A stretch of 64,000 nt of DNA from an uncultured Actinomycetota bacterium (GTDB lineage Bacteria; Actinomycetota; Actinomycetes; Propionibacteriales; Nocardioidaceae), in NCBI GenBank assembly GCA_963825275.1, contig CAWGSW010000005.1:34171-98170 (forward strand), given 5' to 3'. Below, one piece after another: positions 33,359 through 45,214 of the stretch. The first letter of the stretch is position 1. The number at the start of each line of letters is the position of its first letter. The position numbers were made by a program, and so were the translations under genes. Below the pieces are notes generated by a model. It was not told where the DNA came from. It ran no database searches and saw nothing but the letters and a program-made list of their open reading frames with translations.

Positions 33359-33645
33359 GGTGAGGCACCAGGCCACCAGGTCGGATCGCCGCGACGGCGA
33401 ACTCACGGAGCGCGCCCCGCCGGCTCCGAGGTTGACCTAGGGCCCGTCCGGGACCGGCGTCACCCGCCGTGTGTCGGCGCACCGAACATCCGCTCATGGA
33501 CCGCGTGCCCCGAAGTCCGCCCGAGCAAGTCCACAGCACCGGACACCAATTGCTGGCGCCGTTCGACCTGCGGGCTCGGCCGATGCGTCTTTCTGGGTGG
33601 AGGATCGTTCACGAGCCTTGGCCCGGAGGATGTGAGGAGGGCCAC

Positions 33646-33882
33646 GTGACAGTGCGACATGAGTTGGACGTCTCTGCCTTCTCCGAGTTCGTCACCGCCC
33701 GGTCGGCCAGCCTTTTCCGGACGGCGTACCTCGTCATGGGCGACCACCAGCTTGCCCAGGACCTGGTGCAGGAGTCCCTGGTCCGCGCGTACGTCGCGTG
33801 GCCGCGGCTGCGCGACGTGACGAAAGCCGAGGCGTACACCCGCCGGATCATGGTGACCACGGCGATCTCGTGGCGTCGTCGC
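33646..33882 (+). pseudogene. Truncated SigE-family ECF sigma factor (region 2 only)
   Basis: RBS GAGGAGG, then FSEFVTARSASLFRTAYLVMGDHQLAQDLVQESLVRAYVAWPRLRD..KAEAYTRRIMVTTAISWRRR. Similarity ends abruptly at 33882; no region 4 follows. Confidence 0.75.
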
Positions 33883-34194
33883 CTAACGATCGACGGCCCA
33901 TCTCCGCGCGTTGACGGAGAGCATGCAACCAGATCCGGTCTTGCCGCGGATCAGCGCGATCGGTCGGGTGCGTCGTACCGCCGCGATTCACGTATTGCGC
34001 GCCGCATTGGTCTCGTGCCGTGCCGAGGGTCACCGTGGAACTCCACGGATGCGGCGTAGCCGGCTATCGCCTCACCTGCCGAGTGCAGCTCCACGGATGC
34101 CGTTCATCCACCATCCGGCGTCTGTTCAACATGGGTCCCCCTCCTCTGTCTACGTTCGTGGGTCACGACCCTCTCTCGGACGGAGCTCCCCCAC

Positions 34195-35154
34195 ATGCGC
34201 CTCTCCTTCAAGCGACTTGCCCTCGGCGGCGGTGCCCTTGCCGTCGTCCTCGGAGGTGCCGCAACAGCGTCGGCCGGACCGGCCACCACCGACGGCGACC
34301 TGGCCACCTCCTTCATGAAGGTCGACCGAAACACCGCGTGGAGCGAGGTCGACAGGCTCCACCTGGACTTTCCGACCTACCACACCGAGGGACTGGCGAT
34401 CACGCCCGACCACATCTTCCTGTCCTCGGTGCAGATTATTGAGCCGACCCAGAAGTACCCGTCGCCCGTCGGCGGTTACGACCGAACAGCGGGCAAGGGG
34501 GTTGGACACCTGTTCGTGATGGACCGCGAGGGTCACTTGCAGAAGGACATCACTCTCGGCGAGGGCGACATGTACCACCCGGGCGGCATCGACTACGACG
34601 GCACCAGCGTCTGGGTCCCGGTCGCGCAATACCGTCCCGACAGCAGCGCGATCATCTACAAGGTCAACGCCAAGACCCTGAAGGTCAGCAAGCAGTTCGA
34701 GGTGGCCGACCACATCGGGGGCATCGTCCTGGACCCGACCACGCACCGTCTCGTCGGCAACAACTGGGGTTCGCGTCGGTTCTACTCCTGGACCCTCGAC
34801 GGCGCACAGACCGAGGACTGGCTCAATCCCAGCCACTTCATCGACGCCCAGGACTGCCAGTACGTGGAGTCCGCCCAGATGATTTGCGGCGGCGTCACGA
34901 ACCTGCCGCAGGCTCCCGGCGCCACGGGGAGCTACGAGCTGGGCGGAATGACGTTGACCGATCTGCGGACGCATCAGATCCTGCACGAGGTGCCGTTCCA
35001 GCAGTGGTCAACCGCCGGCCACGTGATGACCCGAAACCCCCTCAAGCTCGCGGGCGACGGCAACACCATCGATCTGTGGGCCGCGCCAGACAATGGCGAT
35101 GAGGGCAACGGCACCGAACTCTGGCACTTCAGGGCAACGGTCCCGGCGCCCTGA
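34195..35154 (+). CDS. Secreted DUF6454-like (beta-propeller-type) protein
   Basis: Signal peptide (MRLSFKRLALGG...ATASA); TYHTEGL, YHPGGIDYDGTSVWVPVAQYRPDSS, DHIGG, GNNWGSR, QDCQY. Confidence 0.65.
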   Translation: MRLSFKRLALGGGALAVVLGGAATASAGPATTDGDLATSFMKVDRNTAWSEVDRLHLDFPTYHTEGLAITPDHIFLSSVQIIEPTQKYPSPVGGYDRTAGKGVGHLFVMDREGHLQKDITLGEGDMYHPGGIDYDGTSVWVPVAQYRPDSSAIIYKVNAKTLKVSKQFEVADHIGGIVLDPTTHRLVGNNWGSRRFYSWTLDGAQTEDWLNPSHFIDAQDCQYVESAQMICGGVTNLPQAPGATGSYELGGMTLTDLRTHQILHEVPFQQWSTAGHVMTRNPLKLAGDGNTIDLWAAPDNGDEGNGTELWHFRATVPAP

Positions 35155-35362
35155 GCCTCGATCCACCGAGGGAGCCGAGTCACGGGAAAGTCTCAGCCGC
35201 AACCCTGGTCATCGAACGTCCGGTCTTCAGGTCAGGGCCTGCTCACCCGGAGCGGCTCGGCCCCGTGGACACTGCCGCGGTCCCGCCCGTGTCCGCCGTG
35301 CCGGTCCAGGCACGACACGGTGACCTGGTGGCTCGGATCTCCGGCGTCTCCCTGGCTCGGAA

Positions 35363-35452
35363 TCACGCCACCAGTGGTTGGAAGTCGCGGCCGGGATCGA
35401 GGACCAGTTCGCGCAGGAGTTTGCCGATGACGGCGTCGATGATCTTGATCCT
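35363..35452 (-). mobile_element. Remnant of an IS481-like transposase C-terminus
   Basis: Reads RIKIIDAVIGKLLRELVLDPGRDFQPLVA*. It resembles the I..ATGE.LRELTLDPTRDYQP tail I recall from actinobacterial IS481-type transposases; no DDE core upstream. Confidence 0.6.
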
Positions 35453-35471
35453 GCTCTGACAGAGTCGCCTC

Positions 35472-36323
35472 ATGAGTGGTGATGTCGAGAAGCGGCACAT
35501 CGGCCGGGACTTTGTTTTCGTCCCCAGCACGGCTGATGCGGTGTCGGCATCGGTCGCCTGTGGTCGTGCACTGGGGCTCCCCGCCGACGATCCCGAGGTC
35601 ATCGCTGAGGGCTACAGCGTCCGCGTTCGTCTGAGGCCCGCAGCGGTGGTGACTCGCGTCGTGACCGTCGGGCGAGAGCTGCGTCCAGATCCTCTGCCGT
35701 GGCTCGAACGGGAAGTGGCTGTTGCGCAGTTCCTGGCGGCGTCGGGGATTCCCGTCGTCGCTCCTTGGGAGAACCCGGGGCCTCACGTCGCTGAGGGGCT
35801 CGAAGTGTCGTTGTGGCACTGGGTCGACCACGATTCCGGCGAGGTGACGGCTGCTGACTTTGGAAGGATGCTCGGACAGTTGCACGCAACACTCGCTTCC
35901 TACCAAGGCGACCTGCCCACTCTGGTCGGCCCCCTCACCGACATCTCCACGGCACTGACTGTCTCGTCAGATCCGACACTCCACCGCGCTGCGGACGAGC
36001 TGCTTCCCTTGGCGCTGTCCTGGCCGCGCCGTCCCCTGCATGGGGACGCCCACACGGGAAACGTGCTCATGACGCCGAGCGGACCTCGATGGACCGATTT
36101 CGAAGACGTCTGTGTCGGGCCAGCGGAGTGGGACATGGCCTCGATGACGGTCACGGACGACGCACTGGCGGCATACCCGGGGCCCATCGACCGGGTGCGC
36201 CTCTCCGACTGCCGTGACCTGCGCCGTCTGCAGATACTTGCCAGCCTGCTGGTAGGGGATGGCGACGATGCTTCGCTCTACAAGACGCTCGTCACGCACC
36301 TCGACAAGCGTCCTCACGGCTGA
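35472..36323 (+). CDS. Aminoglycoside phosphotransferase/kinase-like family protein
   Basis: LHGDAHTGNVL (Brenner motif), WTDFED, GPAEWD. Confidence 0.85.
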   Translation: MSGDVEKRHIGRDFVFVPSTADAVSASVACGRALGLPADDPEVIAEGYSVRVRLRPAAVVTRVVTVGRELRPDPLPWLEREVAVAQFLAASGIPVVAPWENPGPHVAEGLEVSLWHWVDHDSGEVTAADFGRMLGQLHATLASYQGDLPTLVGPLTDISTALTVSSDPTLHRAADELLPLALSWPRRPLHGDAHTGNVLMTPSGPRWTDFEDVCVGPAEWDMASMTVTDDALAAYPGPIDRVRLSDCRDLRRLQILASLLVGDGDDASLYKTLVTHLDKRPHG

Positions 36324-36612
36324 TCGGATGCCGCATGAGTGGCCCCTTTCCCGACCCTGGCGGTTTGGTGGGGCCAGACCCGCACGCCGCTCTCGCAACC
36401 ACAACGCCGGACCATCGACCTCGCCCACCTGGCTTGCGCGAATCGTTCTGCGTTTCGAGGCCTGGCCGGTGGGCGCGGGTCGGGTTGACCAGCTTGGCTC
36501 TCGACGCGACCGAGCTTCGTGCCCACCGCAAGGTTTCCCATGTCTCGAGACATCTGTCCGGACGGGCGCCACGATGTCCCTGAATGCACGAGGGCTGATC
36601 GGGAGAAGACTC

Positions 36613-37272
36613 ATGGATCCAGACGTCGAGCCGCGCAACACGGCGGTGATCGCATCCCTCGCATTGTCGGTGTCGGCGGTCGCCGCGCTCTTCATTGGAC
36701 GGTTCATCCTGTTCGACGACACGTCCGGCTTCGGTAGCGATCGATGGATCGTGCCGCTGGGTGTGCTGGCCGTGCTGTTGACGACAGGCAGTGTCGGCGT
36801 CGGGATTCGTGACCGCGCGGCTCGTCGTGCGCTGGGGGCCGCGCTCGCGGTGCTCGACGCGTTCTTGATCGTGCTGGCCGCTGCGGACGACGGCTTCCGG
36901 TTCATCTGGGGCGGCGACGAAGGTGAACTGATCTTCCTGCAGATCGCGCTCGGGCTGGCAGCACTGTTTCTCCTCACGCCACGTTTCGTGTCCCCGCGGA
37001 CGACGGACGAGGCGGGTCCTGCTCGGGAGCTGACTGGCTGGGCACGGTTCGCCGTCTACTCAGCCACGCTCGTCGTCGTCGTGTTCGCCGCCTTCCATGC
37101 CGGGATGGCGCACTTCGAGGCGACGGCGTGCAGGGGTCCCGGCTTCGACGGAGAATGCGATGTCGCGGCCCTCGAAGGAGTGGTGTGGGCAGGAGCGGCC
37201 TTGGTCCTCGTCGTGGTTGCGGCCACCTTCCTGGAGGTGGAGCGCGCGAGGCGCAGTCGACAGCGCACCTGA
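36613..37272 (+). CDS. Hypothetical multi-pass membrane protein
   Basis: About six hydrophobic segments; Cys pair ACRGPGFDGEC in the last loop. Confidence 0.6.
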   Translation: MDPDVEPRNTAVIASLALSVSAVAALFIGRFILFDDTSGFGSDRWIVPLGVLAVLLTTGSVGVGIRDRAARRALGAALAVLDAFLIVLAAADDGFRFIWGGDEGELIFLQIALGLAALFLLTPRFVSPRTTDEAGPARELTGWARFAVYSATLVVVVFAAFHAGMAHFEATACRGPGFDGECDVAALEGVVWAGAALVLVVVAATFLEVERARRSRQRT

Positions 37273-37303
37273 CAGGGGTTCATTCCGGCGCGGTCGGCTC
37301 GGC

Positions 37304-38330
37304 TCACACGACCGAGGCCGCCTCGCCGGTGGCGAAGAGGACGACCCCGCGCTTCCCGGCATCGGTGACCGCCGCGATGGTGTCGCACTCCGTCGTGCGC
37401 AGGGAGCACCGCAGCACGGCGGAGCGCCCGGTCAAGCCGTCCGGGAACCGGCCGTCGGAGCCGACCCCGAGGAACTCCTCCCCATTGACCCAGCGGCCGA
37501 GCAGCACGTGCCGGAAGTCGCTGCGTACGACGACCTCCTCGCCGGCGGCGACATCGAAGAAGACCGTGGGCCCCCAGCTGTTCGCGGAGGCGAACTCCCC
37601 GTTCGGGGACAGGCTTCCCCCATCGGTCGTGCCGTCACCGTCGTCGGGGATCGTGAACTGCCCACCGTCGGCCCGGACCCAGACCCGGTCACCGCCCGCG
37701 GACGCCACCGGCCAGGACCCCGCCATGTCACCGACGTCGCCGACCTTCTCCGGGTCGCCACCGTCGAGGGGCAACCGGTAGACGTCGTTGCTCGAGGCGG
37801 CCACGTAGCCGGCCGACCGGTCGAACCCGAGGAAGCGCGGAGCCGACTCGGCGTACAGGTCGGAGAGGTCGCCCGCCTCGGAACCGTTGCCGGCGGTGGA
37901 ATGGTTGAGCCAGTTCGCCGGTGGTGGTGTCGTAGAGGATTGCCTCGGCGACACGAGCGCCGAACTCCGGCCCGTAGTCGACGTAGCCGAGGTAGCGCCC
38001 GTCCGCCGAGGCCCGCAGCTGGGACTGGTCGCCCACCTCGTCGACCTGGCGCGTCCCCCCGTCGTCCGCGAAGTAGAGGACACCGTGCGCGAGGTAGTAG
38101 AGGCCGCTCGCTCCGACCACGAACGCCTCGGGTGCCGGGTCGAGGGCGAACGATCGATCGCCGACGTGCGCGGTCGCGCCCTCCACCCAGACCGGATCTG
38201 CGACGTCGAAGGTGCCTGACCCGGTCGGGAGCGGCAGGACGACCGGCTCGTCGCCGGTCTCGAACCCGCAGGCGGCGGCCAGTGCTCCGATCGCCACGAG
38301 CGCAGCGACCGCTGTCCTCGGATGACGCAT
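37304..38330 (-). CDS. Lipoprotein with beta-propeller-like repeats (frameshift near 37905)
   Basis: MRHPRTAVAALVAIGALAAAC lipobox; ASADGRYL, LSPNGEF repeats; two halves in different frames. Confidence 0.6.
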
Positions 38331-38441
38331 CAACGCACTTCCTCCCCGGTCCGGGCACCCACGGTGCCCGATCCCGGCCGGGAAAGCATCGACCGCCGCG
38401 TGTCGAGAAGGGACAGGCACGTGGGTGCCTACGCTGGGGCG

Positions 38442-38807
38442 GTGGCGGTCAACCGGAGTCGCAAGGCCAGGGGTGCGCGCAAGCGCAAGCTCCGGATGAG
38501 CCGCGTCGAGCACGACCTGAGCGCCGAGCAGTGGGCCGCGCTCCAGGCGGCCTGGGCCGGCTGCGCCTACTGCGGGGCGACCGACAAGCCGCTGCAGCGT
38601 GACTGCGTGCTGCCCCTGTCCCGCGGCGGCCGCTACACGCTCGACAACATCGCGCCGGCCTGCGGCTCCTGCAACGCCAGCAAGTGCAACGACGAGGTCA
38701 CCGGCTGGCTGCGGCGCAAGCGGCTCGACGAGCACGCCTTCCTGGTGCGCTACGTCGAGATCAGGGCGATGCTCGCGCTGAGGTTCCCCGCCCTGCCGGA
38801 CGCCTAG
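38442..38807 (+). CDS. HNH-fold protein (Zn-binding CxxC...CxxC)
   Basis: Basic N-terminus, then CAYCG...LQRDCVLPLSRGGRYTLDNIAPACGSCNASK. Confidence 0.85.
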   Translation: MAVNRSRKARGARKRKLRMSRVEHDLSAEQWAALQAAWAGCAYCGATDKPLQRDCVLPLSRGGRYTLDNIAPACGSCNASKCNDEVTGWLRRKRLDEHAFLVRYVEIRAMLALRFPALPDA

Positions 38808-38932
38808 GTTGGCGTCGTGGCACTCGGGCACCGTCCGTCCCTGGTGGCGGGCGCGGCAGAACGACGTCGCTCTCATGACGTTCTCAGGACGCTGGCGCAC
38901 CATGGAGGCACCACCTCGCTCCCAGGAGACCG

Positions 38933-39334
38933 ATGAGCCGCGCCCCGATCACGCCCCGAGCACACGACCTCGTCGAGCGCATCGACGCCTGGGCCCACCG
39001 CGGACGCGGACGGGCCCTCGTGGTCAAGATCGGCGTCTCCCTGGTCGGGCCGCTGCTGGTCCTGGCGGGCATCGCCATGACCGTGCTCCCCGGCCCGGGC
39101 CTGGTCGTCGTCGCGCTCGGGTTGGCGCTCCTCGCGTTGGAGTACGAGTGGGCCCGCACCGCGCTTGGCCGGATGGGTCGCGTGCTGTCGAAGGCCCGCG
39201 ATGCCGCGCTCCCCCGCGAGGGCTCGCGTCGGCGCCGGGTTGTCGGTGTCGTGACCGCCGCGGGGTTCGTGGTGGGGACCACCGTCCTGACCGCTGCGGT
39301 CACGACGTTCGTCGGGGCCCAGACGCTGCTCTGA
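38933..39334 (+). CDS. PGPGW domain-containing membrane protein
   Basis: GIAMTVLPGPGLVVVALGLALLALEYEWAR. Confidence 0.8.
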   Translation: MSRAPITPRAHDLVERIDAWAHRGRGRALVVKIGVSLVGPLLVLAGIAMTVLPGPGLVVVALGLALLALEYEWARTALGRMGRVLSKARDAALPREGSRRRRVVGVVTAAGFVVGTTVLTAAVTTFVGAQTLL

Positions 39335-39430
39335 TGCGGCGTACGGCGCCCGTCGTCCGCAGGGGATGATGCGGACGCTCCGAGAACGGATCAGGCTCGT
39401 CGCAGCAGATCCGAACCGGGAGGCAGGCGG

Positions 39431-39913
39431 ATGTCCGACTACGCAAGCAAGAAGCAGGCAGCCGATCTGGCTCAGTCCGCCCATCTCCGGGGCTACGAAC
39501 GCAGCCCGCAGTCCATGGAGTCCGACTACTCGGCATGGGCCGGTTGGATCCTGTTCGCCGCCTTGATGTTGATGCTGACGGGCGCGTTCCACCTGATCCA
39601 GGGCCTCGCCGCCCTGTTCAACGACGACTACTACCTGGTCGGCTCGTCCGGGCTGGTCCTCGACGTCAGCTACACGGCGTGGGGATGGGTGCATCTCCTG
39701 GCCGGAGCCGTGGCCGTGCTCACCGGCGTCTTCCTGCTGGTCGGCCGGATGTGGGCACGTGTCGTGGGCACGGTCATCGCAGGTGTGAGCGCGATCGTGA
39801 ACATCGGCTTCCTGGCGGCCTACCCGATCTGGTCCACCCTGGTGATCGTCCTGGACATCGTCATCATCATGGCCCTGACCGTGCACGGCGGGGCGATCAG
39901 GGACCGGGGGTAG
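39431..39913 (+). CDS. DUF7144-like four-TM membrane protein
   Basis: GWILFAALM..LTG.FH.IQGL.AL..D, WGWVHL..G, WARVVG, AYPIWS. Confidence 0.7.
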   Translation: MSDYASKKQAADLAQSAHLRGYERSPQSMESDYSAWAGWILFAALMLMLTGAFHLIQGLAALFNDDYYLVGSSGLVLDVSYTAWGWVHLLAGAVAVLTGVFLLVGRMWARVVGTVIAGVSAIVNIGFLAAYPIWSTLVIVLDIVIIMALTVHGGAIRDRG

Positions 39914-40289
39914 CCCCGGGCTTCCGGCCGTCCGATGGGCCCGGGACCGGTGGCGGAGTCCGGTGCCCCGTGAGCCGGGGACCTTGTCCTCTGCCGCGTG
40001 ACCGGGCCGCCGCGGGTTGATGGGAGCACAGCCATCACACCGCAGGAGGAACGCATGAACACCAAGACCTGGAACGTCGAGATCTACATCGGCGAGCAGG
40101 AAGGCCGCACGCACGCCGAGGCCCGCCTGATGTCCGGGGCCAGCAAGACCCTGAGCGGCACGGGAAGTGCGCGGCGCAGCCCGACCGACTCCGACGTCCC
40201 GGAGATCGGCGACGAGCTGGCCTGCGCCCGGGCCCTCTCGGACCTCGCCCACCAGCTGCTGGACGCCACCGCCGGGGACATCGAGGCCA

Positions 40290-42860
<2,571 letters not shown>

Positions 42861-42873
42861 CGGCTCGCGGGGG

Positions 42874-43101
42874 TCACGAGTCCGCGGGGTGCTCGGCAGC
42901 CTGGTCGGCCGGGTGCTCGAAGTGCTGCACGTAGGCGTCCGGGCCCGGGAAGGTCAGGGACTCGTGCCCGTTGTCGGACCAGCGCACGACGTACGGCGGG
43001 CCGCCGTCCTGACCGTGGACCTCGATGATCTCGCCGTCCCGGACCGGTTCGTCGAGGTGGGCGCTGCGGACGATCAGGCGGTCTCCGACTTTGGCTTGCA
43101 T
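42874..43101 (-). CDS. DUF1918 (Rv0569-like) protein
   Basis: MQAKVGDRLIV...DGEIIEVHGQDGGPPYVVRWSDNGHESLTFPGPDA. Confidence 0.88.
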   Translation of the reverse strand: MQAKVGDRLIVRSAHLDEPVRDGEIIEVHGQDGGPPYVVRWSDNGHESLTFPGPDAYVQHFEHPADQAAEHPADS

Positions 43102-43136
43102 GGCGTTCTCCTTCTGACGTTGCTGGATGGATCGGA

Positions 43137-43997
43137 TCAGCCGGGCGCGGCGATGTCCCGGCGGTCGAGGGTCGGCAGGGAGAGCAGCGTGACCACGACG
43201 ATCCCGAGCGCCGGCCACAGGAACGACAGGGGAAGCCCGGTGCCCAACGGGCCGTCGGCGATCGCCTGCTCGAAGGGGGAGAGGTGCTGCCACGGGTCCA
43301 CTCCCGGGACCAGCAGGCCCGCGACGTACAGCACGTAGGCCCCGACCGCGAGGGCGGTGGACACGGCGATGGCCAGCACCCGCAGCCCGGTGGCGGCCCC
43401 GATGGCCAGCGACAGCACGCCGAACTCCGCGCCCAGCAGGAACAACGACACCGAGCCCGAGAGGGCGTCACCGGGCCCGATGCCCATCCCGATCGCGAGG
43501 CTCGAGAGGACCGTCACGAGCCACAGCACGGCGGCCAGCGCGGCCAGGCAGGTCAGCAGCGCCGCCGTCTTCTCGAGCACGACCCGGGCCCCGGACACCG
43601 GCATGACCAGCAGGACGTCGAGGGTGCCCGCGTCCTCCTCGCCGGCCAGCAGGCGTGCCCCGCGGGCGATGCCGTAGACGAGGAACAGTGCGGGCAGCAG
43701 CAGCGTGAACAGCTCGGCGTTCATGAAGCCGGTGCCGGTGGTCATCGCCTCGATGTCGAACATCTCCTTCATGTAGTCCGGGTAGGAGGCGAACAGCTTC
43801 TCGATGTCGGGTATGTCGCGGATGGAGGGCCAGAACAGCGCCTCGATCAGCACGAGGACCGACACCCCGATCGACCAGCCGACCAGGCCGTGCCGCTGGT
43901 CGCGCAGCGTCTTCAGGTAGACGCTGCGCAGCAGCAGGGGCGTCGGGATCCGCGTCGCGGTCGGGGTGGCAGCCGGGGTGTGGGCGATCGTGGCCAT
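43137..43997 (-). CDS. ABC-2 type transporter permease
   Basis: Six TM helices; [16 protein letters not shown] motif; follows the ATPase gene. Confidence 0.85.
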   Translation of the reverse strand: MATIAHTPAATPTATRIPTPLLLRSVYLKTLRDQRHGLVGWSIGVSVLVLIEALFWPSIRDIPDIEKLFASYPDYMKEMFDIEAMTTGTGFMNAELFTLLLPALFLVYGIARGARLLAGEEDAGTLDVLLVMPVSGARVVLEKTAALLTCLAALAAVLWLVTVLSSLAIGMGIGPGDALSGSVSLFLLGAEFGVLSLAIGAATGLRVLAIAVSTALAVGAYVLYVAGLLVPGVDPWQHLSPFEQAIADGPLGTGLPLSFLWPALGIVVVTLLSLPTLDRRDIAAPG

Positions 43998-43999
43998 GC

Positions 44000-44890
44000 T
44001 CAGCTCCGCTCGGTGTAGTAGCGGAGGAAGACCTCGGTCAGGTCGGCCTCGTGGGTCTGGATGTTCTCGATCCCCTGCGGAGCGATCGCCTTGAGCAGGT
44101 TCTCCGAGGATCCCTCGACCACGAGGTGCGCCGTACGGTCGTGGACCGTCAGCTCCATGACCTCGGGGCAGCTGCGCAGCACCTCGAGGGGCACCTGCCG
44201 GGTGAAGGTCACGTCCCAGCGCCGCACCACCTGGGCGCGGAGCTCGTCGACGGAGGAGGTCGTCACCAGCACGCCGTCGCGCAGGATCGCGACCTGGCTG
44301 GCGATCGCCTCGACCTCGGAGAGGATGTGGGAGGACAGGAAGACGGTGACCCCGACCCGGTTCACCTCGCCGACCAGGGTGAGGAACTCCTGCTGCATGA
44401 GCGGGTCCAGCCCGGAGGTGGGCTCGTCGAGGACGAGCAGCTCCGGGCGGTGCATGAAGGCCTGCACGATGCCGACCTTCTGCCGGCTTCCGTGGGACAG
44501 CGTCCCGATCCGGCGGGTCAGGTCGAGGTCGAACCGCTTGGCGAGCCGCTCGACCTCCAGCGCGTCGACGCCTCCGCGCAGGGCGCCCAGGTAGCCGAGG
44601 TACTGCTCCCCGGTGAGATCGGGGTAGGCCACGAAGCTGCCGGGCAGGTAGCCGATCCGGCGCTGCACCTCCTCGCGGTGCTCGTTGACGTCGAGGCCGA
44701 GCACCTCGACCCGGCCCGACGAGGGGCGGAGCAGCCCGGCCAGCAGCCGGATGGTCGTCGTCTTGCCGGCTGCGTTGGGGCCCAGGTAGCCGAAGACCGA
44801 GCCCTCGGGGACCACGAGGTCCAGGTCGCGCAGCGCCGTCTTGCCGCGGTAGTGCTTGGTGAGGCCGTGGGTGCGTACGGCGGCATCCAT
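44000..44890 (-). CDS. ABC transporter ATP-binding protein
   Basis: GPNAAGKTT (Walker A), LSHGSRQKV, LLVLDEPTSGLDP, SSHILSE. Confidence 0.93.
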   Translation of the reverse strand: MDAAVRTHGLTKHYRGKTALRDLDLVVPEGSVFGYLGPNAAGKTTTIRLLAGLLRPSSGRVEVLGLDVNEHREEVQRRIGYLPGSFVAYPDLTGEQYLGYLGALRGGVDALEVERLAKRFDLDLTRRIGTLSHGSRQKVGIVQAFMHRPELLVLDEPTSGLDPLMQQEFLTLVGEVNRVGVTVFLSSHILSEVEAIASQVAILRDGVLVTTSSVDELRAQVVRRWDVTFTRQVPLEVLRSCPEVMELTVHDRTAHLVVEGSSENLLKAIAPQGIENIQTHEADLTEVFLRYYTERS

Positions 44891-44952
44891 CTCGGCCCCT
44901 CCTCACCCTCGGTCTTCGCCTCGACGCTACGGCTCACCGACGCCGGAGCTCA

Positions 44953-44966
44953 GGGGCCAAAGTCCC
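44953..44966. promoter_or_regulatory. DosR/DevR-like box
   Basis: GGGGC-CAAA-GTCCC, 1 mismatch to GGGAC-NWWN-GNCCC, 62 nt upstream of the ABC operon start. Confidence 0.45.
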
Positions 44967-45029
44967 TCGTGGCGGTGCGCTTCGCCACCCCCCGCCGGGG
45001 CCGGCGAGGAGCCGCCGGTCGGACAAGAA

Positions 45030-45043
45030 CGGACCTTCGTCCC
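45030..45043. promoter_or_regulatory. Second DosR/DevR-like box
   Basis: CGGAC-CTTC-GTCCC, 1 mismatch, same intergenic region. Confidence 0.4.
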
Positions 45044-45214
45044 TGTCGGTGTCGCACCGGTGACGGTTGACTGAGGAGCAGGACGAGGAGAACCAGATTT
45101 GGGTTTGCGGTGCACAGATGACCGGGCAACCGGTACATCGGCCGAGACTCCCTGCTCGTGTCAAACGAGCTGAGGTTCTTCTCGTCCGCCCACGTCTCGA
45201 CCTAGGCTGCCGCG

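Noticed and set aside
35472-36323. Bona fide aminoglycoside resistance gene
   Set aside because: Only the generic APH/choline-kinase motifs are visible; this broad family is mostly not resistance-related in soil actinobacteria.
38442-38807. HNH as part of a restriction, Cas9/IscB or toxin-immunity system
   Set aside because: Too small, with no methyltransferase, RuvC segments, ncRNA-like neighbour or immunity gene, and the catalytic His is substituted.
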